Shown: piece after piece, positions 26,000 to 38,665 of the stretch | Layout: each line of letters opens with the position of its first letter | Position numbering within the stretch: position 1 is the stretch's first letter | NCBI RefSeq assembly: GCF_001194135.2 | Contig: NC_069003.1 | Coordinates: forward strand, 19,191,653 to 19,255,652 | Length of the DNA: 64,000 bases | Source: Octopus bimaculoides | Taxonomy: Eukaryota | Reading direction: 5' to 3' | Program-made: the position numbers and the translations under genes | Notes under the pieces: model-generated | The model's input: only the letters and a program-made list of their open reading frames with translations | What the model was told of the DNA's origin: nothing | The model's database searches: none

Positions 26000-26108
26000 C
26001 ACATGCACCACCAAGTGTTATAACTTCATTTCTCTGACCTCCAAATGTTGCTTTACGGATAAATTTTAATTTTACTTTTCCTTGTGTTTTTCTCAAAATC
26101 TCCATTGC
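26000..26108 (-). CDS. MPDZ: Exon f: AMEILRKTQGKVKLKFIRKATFGGQRNEVITLGGAC(G)
   Basis: 109 nt. Acceptor tttccatttatag, donor G|gtgagt, phase 0 to 1. Completes PDZ helix B and the last strand. Confidence 0.92.
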
Positions 26109-26277
26109 CTATAAATGGAAATATAAGATACATGAAGACATGGGAAAATAAGACAAAAATGAAAAACAAGCACAACACAATAATTGTGTATGATGTATGT
26201 GTGAATGTATATTCATTGTATGTATGTATCCAAATATATGTCTACACAAATAAATATATAAATATATATATATAATC

Positions 26278-26500
26278 TCCAAAATTAGGGAATGGAATAG
26301 ATAAAATCCAGGCTACATATGTTTCATAGCTAGCAGAACCTCGTAAGTAGTAATAGTCCAATTGGGGGGTAATCTGCTAGCCAAAGGTACCTTAATCAAA
26401 TGAAGTTTACATTGTTGTCATGGGATCCTATTTCTGAGGTTCTGCTAGCTAGGAAACATATGAAGCCTGGATTTTATCAACTCTATTTCCTAATTTTGGA
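26278..26500. mobile_element. MITE-like element with 65-bp terminal inverted repeats
   Basis: 26278-26342 versus 26436-26500 is 59/65 identical by hand. It lies 170 nt upstream of the exon f acceptor. Confidence 0.88.
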
Positions 26501-26764
26501 TTTTTATTTGCATATAGACCAACCCCAGCTGCTAACCGCAAGGTATAAAACAATTTTTTCAGCTTATCAAACGTTGATGTGGGAAAAATTTACATCCTTC
26601 TACATCAATAAACCACTATTGTTCCTGAAAGTTGTTTTTTATAGTTGTTTCTACAGACTACTTGAAGTTTACAAACTTCCTACACCTTGATCCTTGGCTT
26701 TTACCTTTGCACATACATACATATATATATATATACATATATAAATAAAAGCACCAGGATGAGT

Positions 26765-27060
26765 GAATTTGGTAAACAGAAACTGGAAAAAGCTCCTCAT
26801 ATTATGTAAGTGCGAAGGTATGATTTTGTCTATTTTGACATTGCATGATAGTTGTAAATGAGTTAAGTGAGCATCACTGTCATACAGTGTTATTCACTTC
26901 CAATATTCTGTGAAAACATGTCTGGTCATGGGAAAATATATTTTGCTGGGAAACAGGTGAGGGTTGGTAAAAGGAAGCGCATCCAGCCATTGAAAATATG
27001 CTTCAATAAAGTCCATCTGATCTATTTTGGCATGGAAAAGTGAATGTTAAAATGATGATG
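26765..27060 (+). mobile_element. Family B-prime SINE, 5-prime truncated
   Basis: gaatttggtaaacagaaactgg...gaaaacatgtctggtcatggg...catccagcc...ggcatggaaaagtgaatgttaaaatgatgatg. Confidence 0.65.
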
Positions 27061-27716
27061 TGAATATATGGGTATATCTAAACATGTCAGATTGCTCAGG
27101 TTGCTCAACACTCTTACTGGTAACATATAAGCCAACCCTATTGACTAAACTTCTACTTCTACCAAGCTAGCTCAGTGAGAAAGGTTACTAGAAACCCAAC
27201 AAAATGGAAACAATACCAACCAAAGGGACAAATGAACTGTGTAGGGTCTACAGGTATCTAGCTGTAGCATGGCACCTTGAACAGTCCATGTTGATGTCCA
27301 GTATGCTTTAAGTCAACTGGGTAGGAGACACCCCTTAATTCCCATTAAGGTATGTCTCTATAAGGTGACCTCAAAATAAAACTCAAGGAATACTGTTTAG
27401 GGAAGTCATGGCACACTGTGCAGCATTCGTTTGTTATTTCCCCAAAATATGTGGCTGATCCTACACAAGCCCCAACCATCGTTGTTTCTGTAGTCTAAAA
27501 GTTCAGTTTAGTTCTGCCAAAAGAAGTAACATTTCTGGTGAGCTGTTGGAAGTTCATTCATCAAAACATTTGCCCAAAGTGCTTCCAGTAGGACTGAACC
27601 CGAAACCACATGGTTGAAAGTAAATCTCTTAACCACACAGCCATGCCTACACACACATGGATGAAGAAAAAAAATGAACCAAACACGTTTTTGTAAATAA
27701 GGTGTGTTAGCATGTA

Positions 27717-27755
<39 letters not shown>

Positions 27756-28469
27756 CATACATACATAAATAAATAAATACATATATATTTATACATATGT
27801 AACTTGCAATTTAATAGCCACTTTGCTCCAAACATTACAATACCTCCTNNNNNNNNNNNNNNNNNNNNNNNNNNNNNNNNNNNNNNNNNNNNNNNNNNNN
27901 NNNNNNNNNNNNNNNNNNNNNNNNNNNNNNNNNNNNNNNNNNNNNNNNNNNNNNNNNNNNNNNNNNNNNNNNNNNNNNNNNNNNNNNNNNNNNNNNNNNN
28001 NNNNNNNNNNNNNNNNNNNNNNNNNNNNNNNNNNNNNNNNNNNNNNNNNNNNNNNNNNNNNNNNNNNNNNNNNNNNNNNNNNNNNNNNNNNNNNNNNNNN
28101 NNNNNNNNNNNNNAACTCTAATTACTACTTGGATAACAAGATTAAGTCACGTTTTTGTTATTAATTTTTTCTTTTTGTGTTAGTTTCTTTTAATATTCAA
28201 ATCAAAAAATTGTGTGTAAATAGCACTAATTACAGTTTGGATAGCTAAATTAAATCAAGTTTGTGTGTGTGTGTGTGTGTGTGTGTGAGAGATATGTCTT
28301 CAAAGAAAAAAAAATTCTCTGCAGTTGTGGACATTAAAAACATTCTTTTTGTTTTTGCTGAAACATACACAGCATATTCTAACATTCAAAAGCTACTGAA
28401 AAAAAAAAAAAAGATGAAGAAGAAACTCCCTATTTCTTTAGAACTTCTCTAAAGAAAATACCTCTATGT

Positions 28470-28720
28470 TTTCCAGAAAACTGGTTCTACTGTGGCAAGG
28501 AACAAAGGAGCTCGCAAACTTAGGACTAAACTACAAGAACAGATGACAGAAGACTAAAATTTTTAGTTCTTCAGGAAATAAAAAGCCGACAGCAACTATC
28601 AAGAGAATTTATAACTGGTGGAAACACAGCTGGTTCCAGAAGGACCATAATATGAAGACTGAAAGAGGTGGGTTTTGTGATTTGCTATGAAGCCTTTTTT
28701 AACCAAGAAAAACAGCACAT
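28470..28720 (+). mobile_element. Tc1-family transposase relic (N-terminal HTH region)
   Basis: With one frameshift it reads FQKTGSTVARNKG...DDRRLKFLVL...SRRTII*RLKEVGF, like the Tc1 motif ETGS..R.RSGRP...DR...VS.RTVRRRL.E.G. Confidence 0.6.
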
Positions 28721-29789
28721 TCCAGTAACAACTACAAGAATAGTTATATTGAATGATATAGTCCTTGATATACAAAAAGACAGGAAGCTCAAAACTGAGG
28801 CACTTTTGGTCATAGGCCTACTCAAACTGGACAAACCTGGGGGCTAAACAATGATCACAAGGAACAACTACAAGAAAAGTCACATAGAGTAAGGCAGTCT
28901 GATCCAGAATCTGATAAAGAAATGACCAAAAATGATTGCAGTTAGTAACATACTGTGTAGGGGAAGACCTATCCAATACATGCAAGTATGAAAAAACATG
29001 TATCTGATGATGGTGAATATGATGCCATGTAGTCAAAAAGACAGTAAGCTCACAGGTGGAGCACCTTTGATCATAGGCATACACAATCAGGAATGACCTA
29101 GGGTTAAACAATATCTATAACAACCCATATATTTATATTTTATCAACAATTTCTTTCAAGAAATGACTCAAATAATAAACCTGAGTTGTCTCCTAGTGGA
29201 CAGCTATTACAAAGGAGATAAACATTTCTTCATAATATTAGGTGAGATGAGAAATTTGTATCTGAAATTAAGGAATAAGGAAAGAGATGCATTGAATACA
29301 CAGATTTAATCTTTCTTTCTCTTTTATTTATTTATTTTTTTGCTTACTTATTACAGTTCTTAAAATTTCTAGTCACTGGTAATCACTATTTCATTCTTTT
29401 TAAAAAATCTACAGCATGACATAACCTGAGTATATCAATTAAACATTTTATTTAATTGATATATTTCTTATAAATAGAAAATAATTAGTTCTGAAGAAAT
29501 TTATAGAATGTGCATTTTTCTTTTCTGCTTTTCTTCATAGTGTGTTAGTAGTTTAGCAATCAAGAGAAGAGAGAGAGAGAGAGAGAGAGAGAAAGTTTTG
29601 AGTGTGTACATTCAGAATAACTGTTTCTAGGGAATTCTATGCTGTGGAAATCCATATTTTCCACAAAATTCCTGGCTAATTTTGTAACAGAATTACCAAA
29701 TTTTGGCACTTAATACTTATTTTAAGATTCTGTCCTTGTCCACCACACATACATTAAGTCTAGGACATGCAAAAAGAAATCAATGACAG

Positions 29790-29946
29790 ATGGCTTCTAC
29801 TGGTTATAAATAGCAACCAAATCTTCCCGAAATCACACATTACAATTTCAAAAACAGGAAAACATTTAGATGGCATGGTCACAACTAGAAGACCTCTGAT
29901 CATTGGTCTGCATGGTCAGTGCTGACTAAGGGTTAAACAACAACAG
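29790..29946 (-). repeat. Family F dispersed repeat
   Basis: The reverse complement ttgtttaacccttagtcagcactgacc...gaagatttggttgctattt is shared with the copies at 50385-50880. Confidence 0.6.
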
Positions 29947-30155
29947 TACTTATTAGGTGCCAAAATATTTCTGCAAAAAATGACTTCATATCAAACTGCT
30001 CTTGTTGAAATCTACATTTTCCACAGATTGTCTGTCTGAGTTTGTGTATCTGACATTCACTACAGCATTTTAGGTTTCACCCTCGCCCACCACTCAAGCA
30101 TTCAGTGCACTTTGTGTCAATAATTTTGTAAATAAATGGATTTAATCAAACCTAC

Positions 30156-30230
30156 CTTGTGGTAATCAACATTCTCCACTGAATGTCTGTCTATCTCCAA
30201 GATCTGATCTCCTACACTCAACTGGCCATC
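30156..30230 (-). CDS. MPDZ: Exon e: DGQLSVGDQILEIDRHSVENVDYHK
   Basis: 75 nt. Acceptor gctgctatttctag, donor AAG|gtaggt. DGxLxVGDQIL PDZ motif. Confidence 0.94.
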
Positions 30231-30754
30231 CTAGAAATAGCAGCAGAAAAACACATATAAATATGAATATATATACACACACATTTATCTATCAATAATA
30301 ATCTTTTGATGATATCATCATCATGATGCTAATAATGGCAGTGATGAAACAGTAATGAGAGACAGAGAGAGTGTGTGTGTGTGTGTGTGTGCAAAAGAAT
30401 GTTTAATGAAGAGATGGTGATGATGGGATTTGTTGTGCTGGTGTTGATGATGACAATGATAATGATTATTATAAAGTAGTAGTGAAAGGAGAATGAGTGA
30501 AGGAAGGAGGGACAGAAGGAGAGAAAGATAAAGAGAGAGAGAAAGAGGGGGTGGTGGTAATGGCAGAAGAAGCAGTAAGATTGGTACAACTCTATATATC
30601 TACATGTAAGAAATTAGTGGGAATGATATTGGCAACAAGTAACGAAGTTTTAATTTTTCTTTTGGCATGATCAAATATTGTATAATTATTTTCATCCATA
30701 GAGAGTGAGGGGAAAAGATAAAAAAATTATGTGTGTATATATATATATATATTT

Positions 30755-30804
<50 letters not shown>

Positions 30805-33789
30805 ATATATTTATACATATGCATACACACATAAATGTGTATATATGCACACACATATGTATCTGTATATGTGTGAGTATACATACACACATATGCATAT
30901 ATACACATGTTTATGCACATATACATACATACCAACACACACATAGGCATGTATATTAAACATACATACATGCAAACACATATACACAGAGGTTTGTATA
31001 TACATACACATGTATGTAAAAGAATCTAGACATATGTAAATATATGATTTATCACATGAAAAATGTTTTATATTATGAAGAAAAAATGCAAAAACAAAAA
31101 AAAAACAAATACAATACAACCTACTACAAACAAACAAAAAAACAAAACAATTTAAAACGATGCTATTTACAATAATCTGACTACACCAGCACATTAATAA
31201 AGCGTCAGAGTAGAGACAATGTCATCTGAAAAGCAAAAAGTTGTACAAAAATCTTTTGCTGTGTAAAGTATTTCCTGTGATAAAAGAATGTGATGCACTG
31301 AATGTGTAAATATAATTAACACTAAAACAGCCATCTGTATATCATACTTAATGTGTATAGACAGTTGATAGGCCAGTTACTGCAGTATTTGTCCTGAGAT
31401 AACATCTCTTAAAGACTTGTTATGTTAAACATACAACACATGAAAATTTGTGCCAGAAGTGACCAAGAGTGCTAGATGCATTTCCACTGTTTGAAGTTTC
31501 TTTTTATATTTATATTTATTTATTCAATTACCTATATCATACAATTAATACTGTAAGAATAAAAGTATAACAAGTATAATTATTGATTTATTAACTACAT
31601 TATTTTAAGTAACTAACCATTTGTGTACACATTAATTTCTTTATGTAATAATTGCAAAATGAGCAAGTGCACACATAGAGCGTGAAGGAAACAGAGCCAA
31701 AAAATGCACCACCAAGTGGTCAGCAAATTACACAATTTACACAATTAAGTATCTAATGTTCCCCCCCCCCACCAAAAAGAAAAAAAAAGACAAAGGAGAT
31801 ATTATATAATGTGGTTCCTAGATGCATTGTACCTGAAAATAAGACAAGACTGTCATGACTAGAGAAGCTATCATCATAGATCTATTTCATAAGAGCTGAC
31901 CTGAGGTCACTGAGATGGTCAGAGAAATGGAAAGAAGAGACCAAAACTGATGAGATTGGTGTAGTAGGGAGTTGTGAACTGTGATGTTGAGTTCTCTGTC
32001 TTTAGTTTAGATTAGAAAATAAGGTCTGGATGTTTAGAACTAAGCGGATAGCCAAGTACTTAGTTGTAGTGTTAATCTGGGTGAAGGATTGACTATGCTA
32101 AACATCTGATGGGCTTCTGAACAGTTTTCATCTACCAATGTTACTAACAAGGCTTGGTGTTGAAAAGAGTCATCCTTAGACATAGTAGAAGACCATTCCC
32201 CAGGGTATCATAGAGTGGGATTGAACACACAAATGAATCATTATCATGCCACGCTGGCATGTGATGTATGGATGGATGGATGGATCCTTATGGCTGAAAG
32301 CAGTTCCCATTCAGAGTTATGGGAACCTAGCATGATTGGAGGATCACGTTTCACTCATTTTATTTTAGTTCTTAAACCAACGACTTTACAGAATATATTG
32401 GGTTCATTGTTATGGTAGTGTCAGCACCAATGAAGTTGCTTTCTATCTTGCATGACCGAAGGGGTTCTATACAGTTTTTTGTAGCCTCTGTCCATTCAGA
32501 GCAGTTAGACCAATAGAGAGGGTAGAAGAGAGGGCAATAGTAGAAGTTGAATGAGAGGGAGAGAGAGAGAGGGAGGGGGGAGTGCAGGATGAAAAGAGTG
32601 AATGTGAAGGTGAACCAACTGCCACCAAGTAATGGTTTTACCTTCTCTGGAAGCAGACATAATTTCAATAAATCAATAATTTATTTTGTATATTATTTAG
32701 TATACCCTTATTCATTTTTGTTGTTCAATTAAATGCCAGTGTCTGCTCTGAATTCCTCATAGCTCATGTTCATATCATTTACATAAATTATCTCAGTATT
32801 TTATCTGCTGAAGATAAGTTAGGGCTATTGTTGTGCTGATGATGCCTACTGAGGCAGAAACATATGTCCATGGCTGCCCTCTTTTTTCTCAATGATATGT
32901 TAATTTTGGAGAATTATTGATTCTTGAGATTATCTTCCCTTCTCATTTGGTGTTAGTACCAGTTGCCACCAAAAAATTTCTCTACCTTCTCTGAAAGCAG
33001 AGATAATTTCGGTAAATCAAGAATATATTTTGTATGGTATTTAATATATCTTTAGTCTTCTCTGTTATTCAAATACAAGCCACTAGCTTATATACACAAA
33101 CATAGAGCTATATGTGCATGTGTGTGTATGTTATATTATGTATGCGCATGCAACACACAGGCATATGGGATGTATGTATAAATATACAGTATATGCACAG
33201 CCAAATATATATTTATGGATGTATGAGTGTGTGTATGTATGTACACTTACACATACATACAAATAACATGTTTAGTCAAACTGAAATCTCAAGTTACACT
33301 ACATAAGATCAAAAGTTTAAAATCCATTCTCTTTCCCTTGTGTATACTCTACTAAGTAAGTGGGGACCAATCTCTCTCTTATTCTCTCCCTAGCTCCTTC
33401 ACTCATACACACATAATATTAAACAAAATATTATTTGTGTGTGTATACTATATGCATGTATGTATGAGGTGGTGGGTGCATCTTCTCGACTGTTTTGGGA
33501 ATTTAAATCCATTTGTTGCTCTCAAAATGTTCAAAATCTCTGAAGCAATGACTGCTATTTGCTAATGTAACATTAAGTCAAGATAATTGTGTACCAGATT
33601 ACCTCCAATATATTTCTGCTGCTTTCTACCTCTGGTATTTGAGTACTCTTTTTTTCTACCTTGTTGCACATTTATGTGCTTACTCTGGTATATATGTGTA
33701 TGTGTGTGTGTGTGTATGCGTGCGAGTGTTTGTGTGTGTGTGTGTATGTGTGTGCGTGTGTGTGTGTATGAGTGTGTGTTTATGTTTAT

Positions 33790-33992
33790 GCTCGTCTCAC
33801 ATCACTGCTTGACAACCAGTGTTGGTTTATGTCCCTATAACCTAGTGGTTCAACAAAAGGAGACCAATAGAATAAGTACCAGGTTTTTAAAAAAAGTACT
33901 GGGGTTGATTTGTTCAATTATATATAGTTGAATGAAGGCAGTGCCCCAGCATGACCACAGTCTAATGACTGAAACAATTGAAAGAATAAAAG
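33790..33992 (+). mobile_element. Family B SINE, 3-prime half
   Basis: gcttgacaaccagtgttggttt...caatagaataagtaccagg...gaaggcagtgccccagcatg...gactgaaacaa, preceded by a (TG)n tract. Confidence 0.75.
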
Positions 33993-34256
33993 AATATAAA
34001 GTTGTACTTCATTCTTATCATTCTGTACCTCTCAAATATTGACTGTGAGTTAGTAAGAGAGCTTATATTAGGTCACTTTATTGTCTTAAATACAGAGAGA
34101 CACTAATGAAAAGGCTGCCTATAGACATCTACTGGAGAGAGAAATTATCCAATGATGTTACTGAAGGAGACTGTGTAGTCTTACATATACGTTGCTCCTG
34201 AAAAATAAATGTGGGCTAGTCATGACTGGAGTGTTTCTGACCTTAAGTCTGAATGG

Positions 34257-34620
34257 TTTCAAATTTTTCAACAAGGGCAGCCATTTTGGGGAGGGGACTA
34301 GTCGATTACATCAATCCCAGTGTTTCACTGGTACTTATCTTATCAACACCAAAAGGTTGAAAGGTAAAAATCAACCTTGGCAGAATTTGAACTCAGAATG
34401 CAGTGACAGGTGAAATACTGTTAAGTTGGCAGAATCGTTAGCTTGCTGGACAAAATGCTTAATGGTATTTCGCCCATCACTATGTTCTGAGTTCAAATTC
34501 CGCCAAGGTCAACTTTGCCTTTCATCCTTTCCGGGGTCAATAAACGATGTAATTGACTCATCCCCTTCCCACAAAAATTGCTGTCCTTCTGACAAAATGT
34601 GAAACCAATAATAATAATAA
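34257..34620. mobile_element. Head-to-head inverted pair of family A SINEs (34257-34415 minus, 34420-34620 plus)
   Basis: ccttggcagaatttgaactcagaa faces ttctgagttcaaattccgccaagg. The pair ends about 35 nt from the exon d donor. Confidence 0.82.
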
Positions 34621-34656
34621 GAAGAAGAACAACAACAACAACAACTGTATACAAAC

Positions 34657-34749
34657 CTGAGAAGCAGGACCATTTGGTGCTATGGACTTCACAAATATAC
34701 CTGGTTTTGTTTTGCCTTCCATAATTGTAAATCCCAAACCAGCCAATCC
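34657..34749 (-). CDS. MPDZ: Exon d: GLAGLGFTIMEGKTKPGIFVKSIAPNGPASQ (GLGF loop of the PDZ9-equivalent)
   Basis: 93 nt. Acceptor ttatttatcaag, donor CAG|gtttgt. Canonical GLGF motif and GIFVKSI strand. Confidence 0.93.
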
Positions 34750-36019
34750 CTTGATAAATAAAGAAATAAAAGAGAATTAAATTATGCAAATAAATGCATT
34801 TTTGCAATTTCATTATCAAATGTGTAAAAAAAAGATTAAAGAAAAACAACAATCAAACTCAAACAATAAAAGAATTTCAGAGAAATTTAACTTTTAGAAA
34901 CTCCTCTAATTCTCTCTCTCTCTTTTTTGACTAGTATATAACAATTCTATCTGGAGTTGCTATTTGCCAAAAGTTTATTGGTTCAAATTCCATCACCAGC
35001 TCTGCAATCTGATTCTGATCAGATATATCCAAGACAATTGTCAGGAATCCAATTTATCTATCTGCTTAAAAAAATATAATTATGGTTTAATTAGAGGAGC
35101 AAGAGCAGTACTCCTGGTCCTCCTTTTCTTGCAAAGGCCTTTATATGATGATAGCGACCCACACAATTAGAAATAATTATTACTGGAGTATAACAATCAT
35201 TACTGAATTGTATGTAGTACTGTGTAATTCAGGAGTAGTCTACTAGTTTGCCATGTTAACTTCCAGTACTCTGAGTAGAGCATGATAGGTGCAATGTCCA
35301 GCAGAATTTCATGGGGGTGATGTATGATGAGAGTTACTGATTTTCCTGTTTTTGAGGTTTATTAATAACTAACTGGCCTTGTGCCACCAAAAATGACAGC
35401 TAATTGTAGTATTTTATATATAAATAAGGCACAAAATAAGGTATATCATAGTCACACAAACATTCACATACTTCCCTTGCACATGCACACACATATACTC
35501 ACACAGAGTTGAAACGTTATTTGATTTTTCTTTTCAGCATTGAATGTTCACTCACACATATAAACATTAACATTTTGCCATCACCCCTTCCTTCCTTATT
35601 CATCTATCACCCTTTACAAGAGTATTATTATATCACCATCCCACTTCCATTGCACACACGCACATTCACATATCTCTCTTTTTACACACACATACTCACA
35701 CAGAGTTGAAATGCTGTTTGATTTTTTTTTTCACCTCTTCCTTTCATATTCATCTCCCACTCCTTCCTTTCTCATTCATATGTTGTGACAGAGAAAGACA
35801 CGAGTATTATAGCAAAGATGATTTTTAAACATAAGCACAAAGTTTCTGGTTTGTGGGATGTGTGGGGTGGAAGGGAGTATAACTGTACAGACCTTAGGAA
35901 TTGACTGATATTTACTTATATCATTGACTCCTGAAAGGATCAAAGTCAATTTTATGATTATGATAGGATCTAAATTCAGAATGTAAAGGGATAGAGCTAA
36001 ATATCACAAAGCATTATTA

Positions 36020-36292
36020 TGTTCAGCAGTAGGGCAGCAAAAGGATAAAGATCCCTCCTACATACAGGCTCATAGGCCCAGTTTCTCAGTTTCTGTGGTG
36101 TATATATTCCCCACCTCGATGGGAAGCTGGTCTGTCATAGGTGGGGAATATTTTTGCTAGCTGAGTTAACTGGAGCAATGTGAAATGAAGTGTTTTGGTC
36201 AAGAACACAATGCATTGCCCAGTCCGAGAATTAAAACCACAATCTTACTATCATGAGTCTGACACCCTAACCACTAAGCCATGCGCCTCCAT
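36020..36292 (-). mobile_element. Family D tRNA-derived SINE
   Basis: The reverse-complement head ggcgcatggcttagtggttagggtgtcagactcatgatagtaagattgtggttttaattctc has A-box and B-box-like motifs. The body is catttcacattgctccagttaactcagct. Confidence 0.8.
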
Positions 36293-36750
36293 GGCAGAAT
36301 TATTAGTGTATCATTAATGCTTAGTGACATTTCTTCTACCTGCTTATGTTACAATTTTAAATCCTGCTCGGTCAACTTTGCCTGTTTTTTTTTTTAAAGT
36401 CAATAAAATAAAGTAACGGTTAAATCTTGGGGTTAATGTAATCATCTAAAACCCTCACTGCCAAAAACTGCTGGCCATGTGCCCAAATTTGTAAACAATT
36501 ATTGTGTCCAGCATCCTCCAAATTCTGCCAATCCACAACATTTCTGAGATTGGTAGTATCATTAGAGCACTGGACAAAATGCTTTCTGGAATTTATTCTG
36601 GCTCTTTACATACTGAGTTCAAATCTTGCCATGATCAACTTTACCTTTTATCCTTCAGGGTTTGATAAAATAAAATAACAGTGAAATAACTACAGAGGTT
36701 TTACTCATGCTAAATTTCTGGCTTTGCACTAATGTTTGAAATTATTATTA
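36290..36750 (+). mobile_element. Two tandem degenerate family A SINEs
   Basis: ggcagaattattag...ggtcaactttgcct and a second gagttcaaatcttgccatgatcaacttt with an (ATT)n tail. Confidence 0.65.
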
Positions 36751-38264
36751 TTATAATTATTATTGAAGATGTCACACAATATCCAATATTGTGATGTTGT
36801 AGCTTGAAGATATTGTGGGTACCAGGGATTTGTACTGTCTGTCAAATCACAACAAAGACCTCAGACAGACAGTACTTCATGCAGTATGTGTGCAGTTCCA
36901 AGTAAAGCTGATTTTTGTAATACACCAAAATAGTGTATTTCTAAAGTGCCCAGATGGTTCTTCAGGTTGGGTGGTATTGAACCCAATGTTCCAATGACAA
37001 CATAGACAACCTTTATGTTTGACTCTCACAGCTGCTACAACTTGACGATCTCAATTTTCAGGTCTCCATATTTCTTGATCTTTTCTCTTTTTTTCCTTTA
37101 GAGAAAAGGTCAATAATAATTAGTATTGTTATTCAAATGAGTGAAAGTATATGGTGTAGAGGTTTAGGTGTTAGACAGATATCATTAAGTCATGGGTTTA
37201 GTTCTCAGGCTTGGTGATGTATTGTGTCATTGAGGAAGGAATTTTGTTTCATATTACTTCAGTGTACTCAGCTGATAATGAGCACTAGACAGAGCCACTG
37301 GCGGTGGGGTGGGTAACCATTGCAACAGATCTGCATCCTTTTCAGGGTGGTGGAGTCATGTACTCTCCGTTACTTAAACATCTTAGCAACCAGAACAAGC
37401 TCTGTAGGCTTAGTAGGTTTAAGAGAGGAAGAGAGGGAGGAGAAAAGAGAGAGAGAAACATTAACTTTTAATGCAAATGAAGTGAAGTGGTACCAAGTGA
37501 AAACTGTGTCAAATTCATTTAACAAAGTTAATTGATTGGGAATTGAACCGTAAATACTACAGTCTCCATGGACATCAATAAAAAAGTCAGATATATATTA
37601 CTAAGGCTGGTATTCATTTTCCTTTGTCTTCTCTTCTCTGCATCTCTTTTATTCCTTTATATATTCTATCCAAGATATTTTGATTTAATTTCAATAATTT
37701 TTTTAGAAATGTCGAAGATGAAAAAATATATTTATATAGGCATAATGACTCTCCCTAGACACAAGAATATATATGTATTATATATATATATATATATAAA
37801 ATAAAGGAGTTCAAATCTATGCATAAAAATACACCCATTATTTTTTCTTTCTTTCTCTTTATTCTTATTTTTTACTACTCTTTCATTATCACATTTTATT
37901 CTTTTCATTTGCAATACAGAAAATATATATCACAAAACAGTTATCATATAAATATATATATGAAAACATATGCAAAACATGTTTTAGAAAAGAGGAAAAA
38001 ACTGTAAATAATAATAATAATGAGTGAAGAAACCTTGCAGAATAATATATTATAATTCAAAACATTTTTTTGTTGTTGTTATATAAAAGATGTGAAAAAA
38101 GCTGTGCTTATAAGTTGATTTCTATTGAAATTTTAAAATCTTGTGAATCATTTCCATAAAAGTTTAAAATATCTGTCTGTTTGTGCAGAGGGAGAAAGAC
38201 ATAGAAAACTGCACACACATATAGAAATATATATATATATATATATATATAAATATATATATAT

Positions 38265-38665
38265 CGTCATTGTTTTAACATTTACTTTTCCATGCTTACA
38301 AAAGGTTGAAGAGATTTGTTAAGGTAGATGGCTGGATGCCATTCCTGTTGCTAACCCTTGCCTGTTTCAATGCAAGCCTGATGGCTACATATGTATTCAC
38401 CAAAGGTTGGAAATGGAGATACTGCTTGAATGAAAGTGACACTTATTTACAACTACAGCATGATACCAAGATAAGGCAATACAAACACATGTACATTCAT
38501 GACAGAGTTCTTTCAGTTTCCATCTACCAAATCCACTCACAAGGCTTTGGTTGATCTGAGACAAAAGTAGAAAACCCTTGCCCAGGGTGCCATGCAGTGG
38601 GACTGAACCTGGAACCATGTGGTTGGGAAGCAAACTTCTCAACACACAGCTACACCTGCGTCTAT
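38265..38665 (-). mobile_element. Family B-prime SINE
   Basis: The B head at 38505-38665 is joined to a tail containing gctggatgccattcctgttgctaacc and cttttccatgc. Confidence 0.7.

Noticed and set aside
36220-36292. tRNA gene
   Set aside because: A-box and B-box-like motifs are present, but there is no full cloverleaf or terminator and it continues into a SINE body. The same applies to the other SINE heads.
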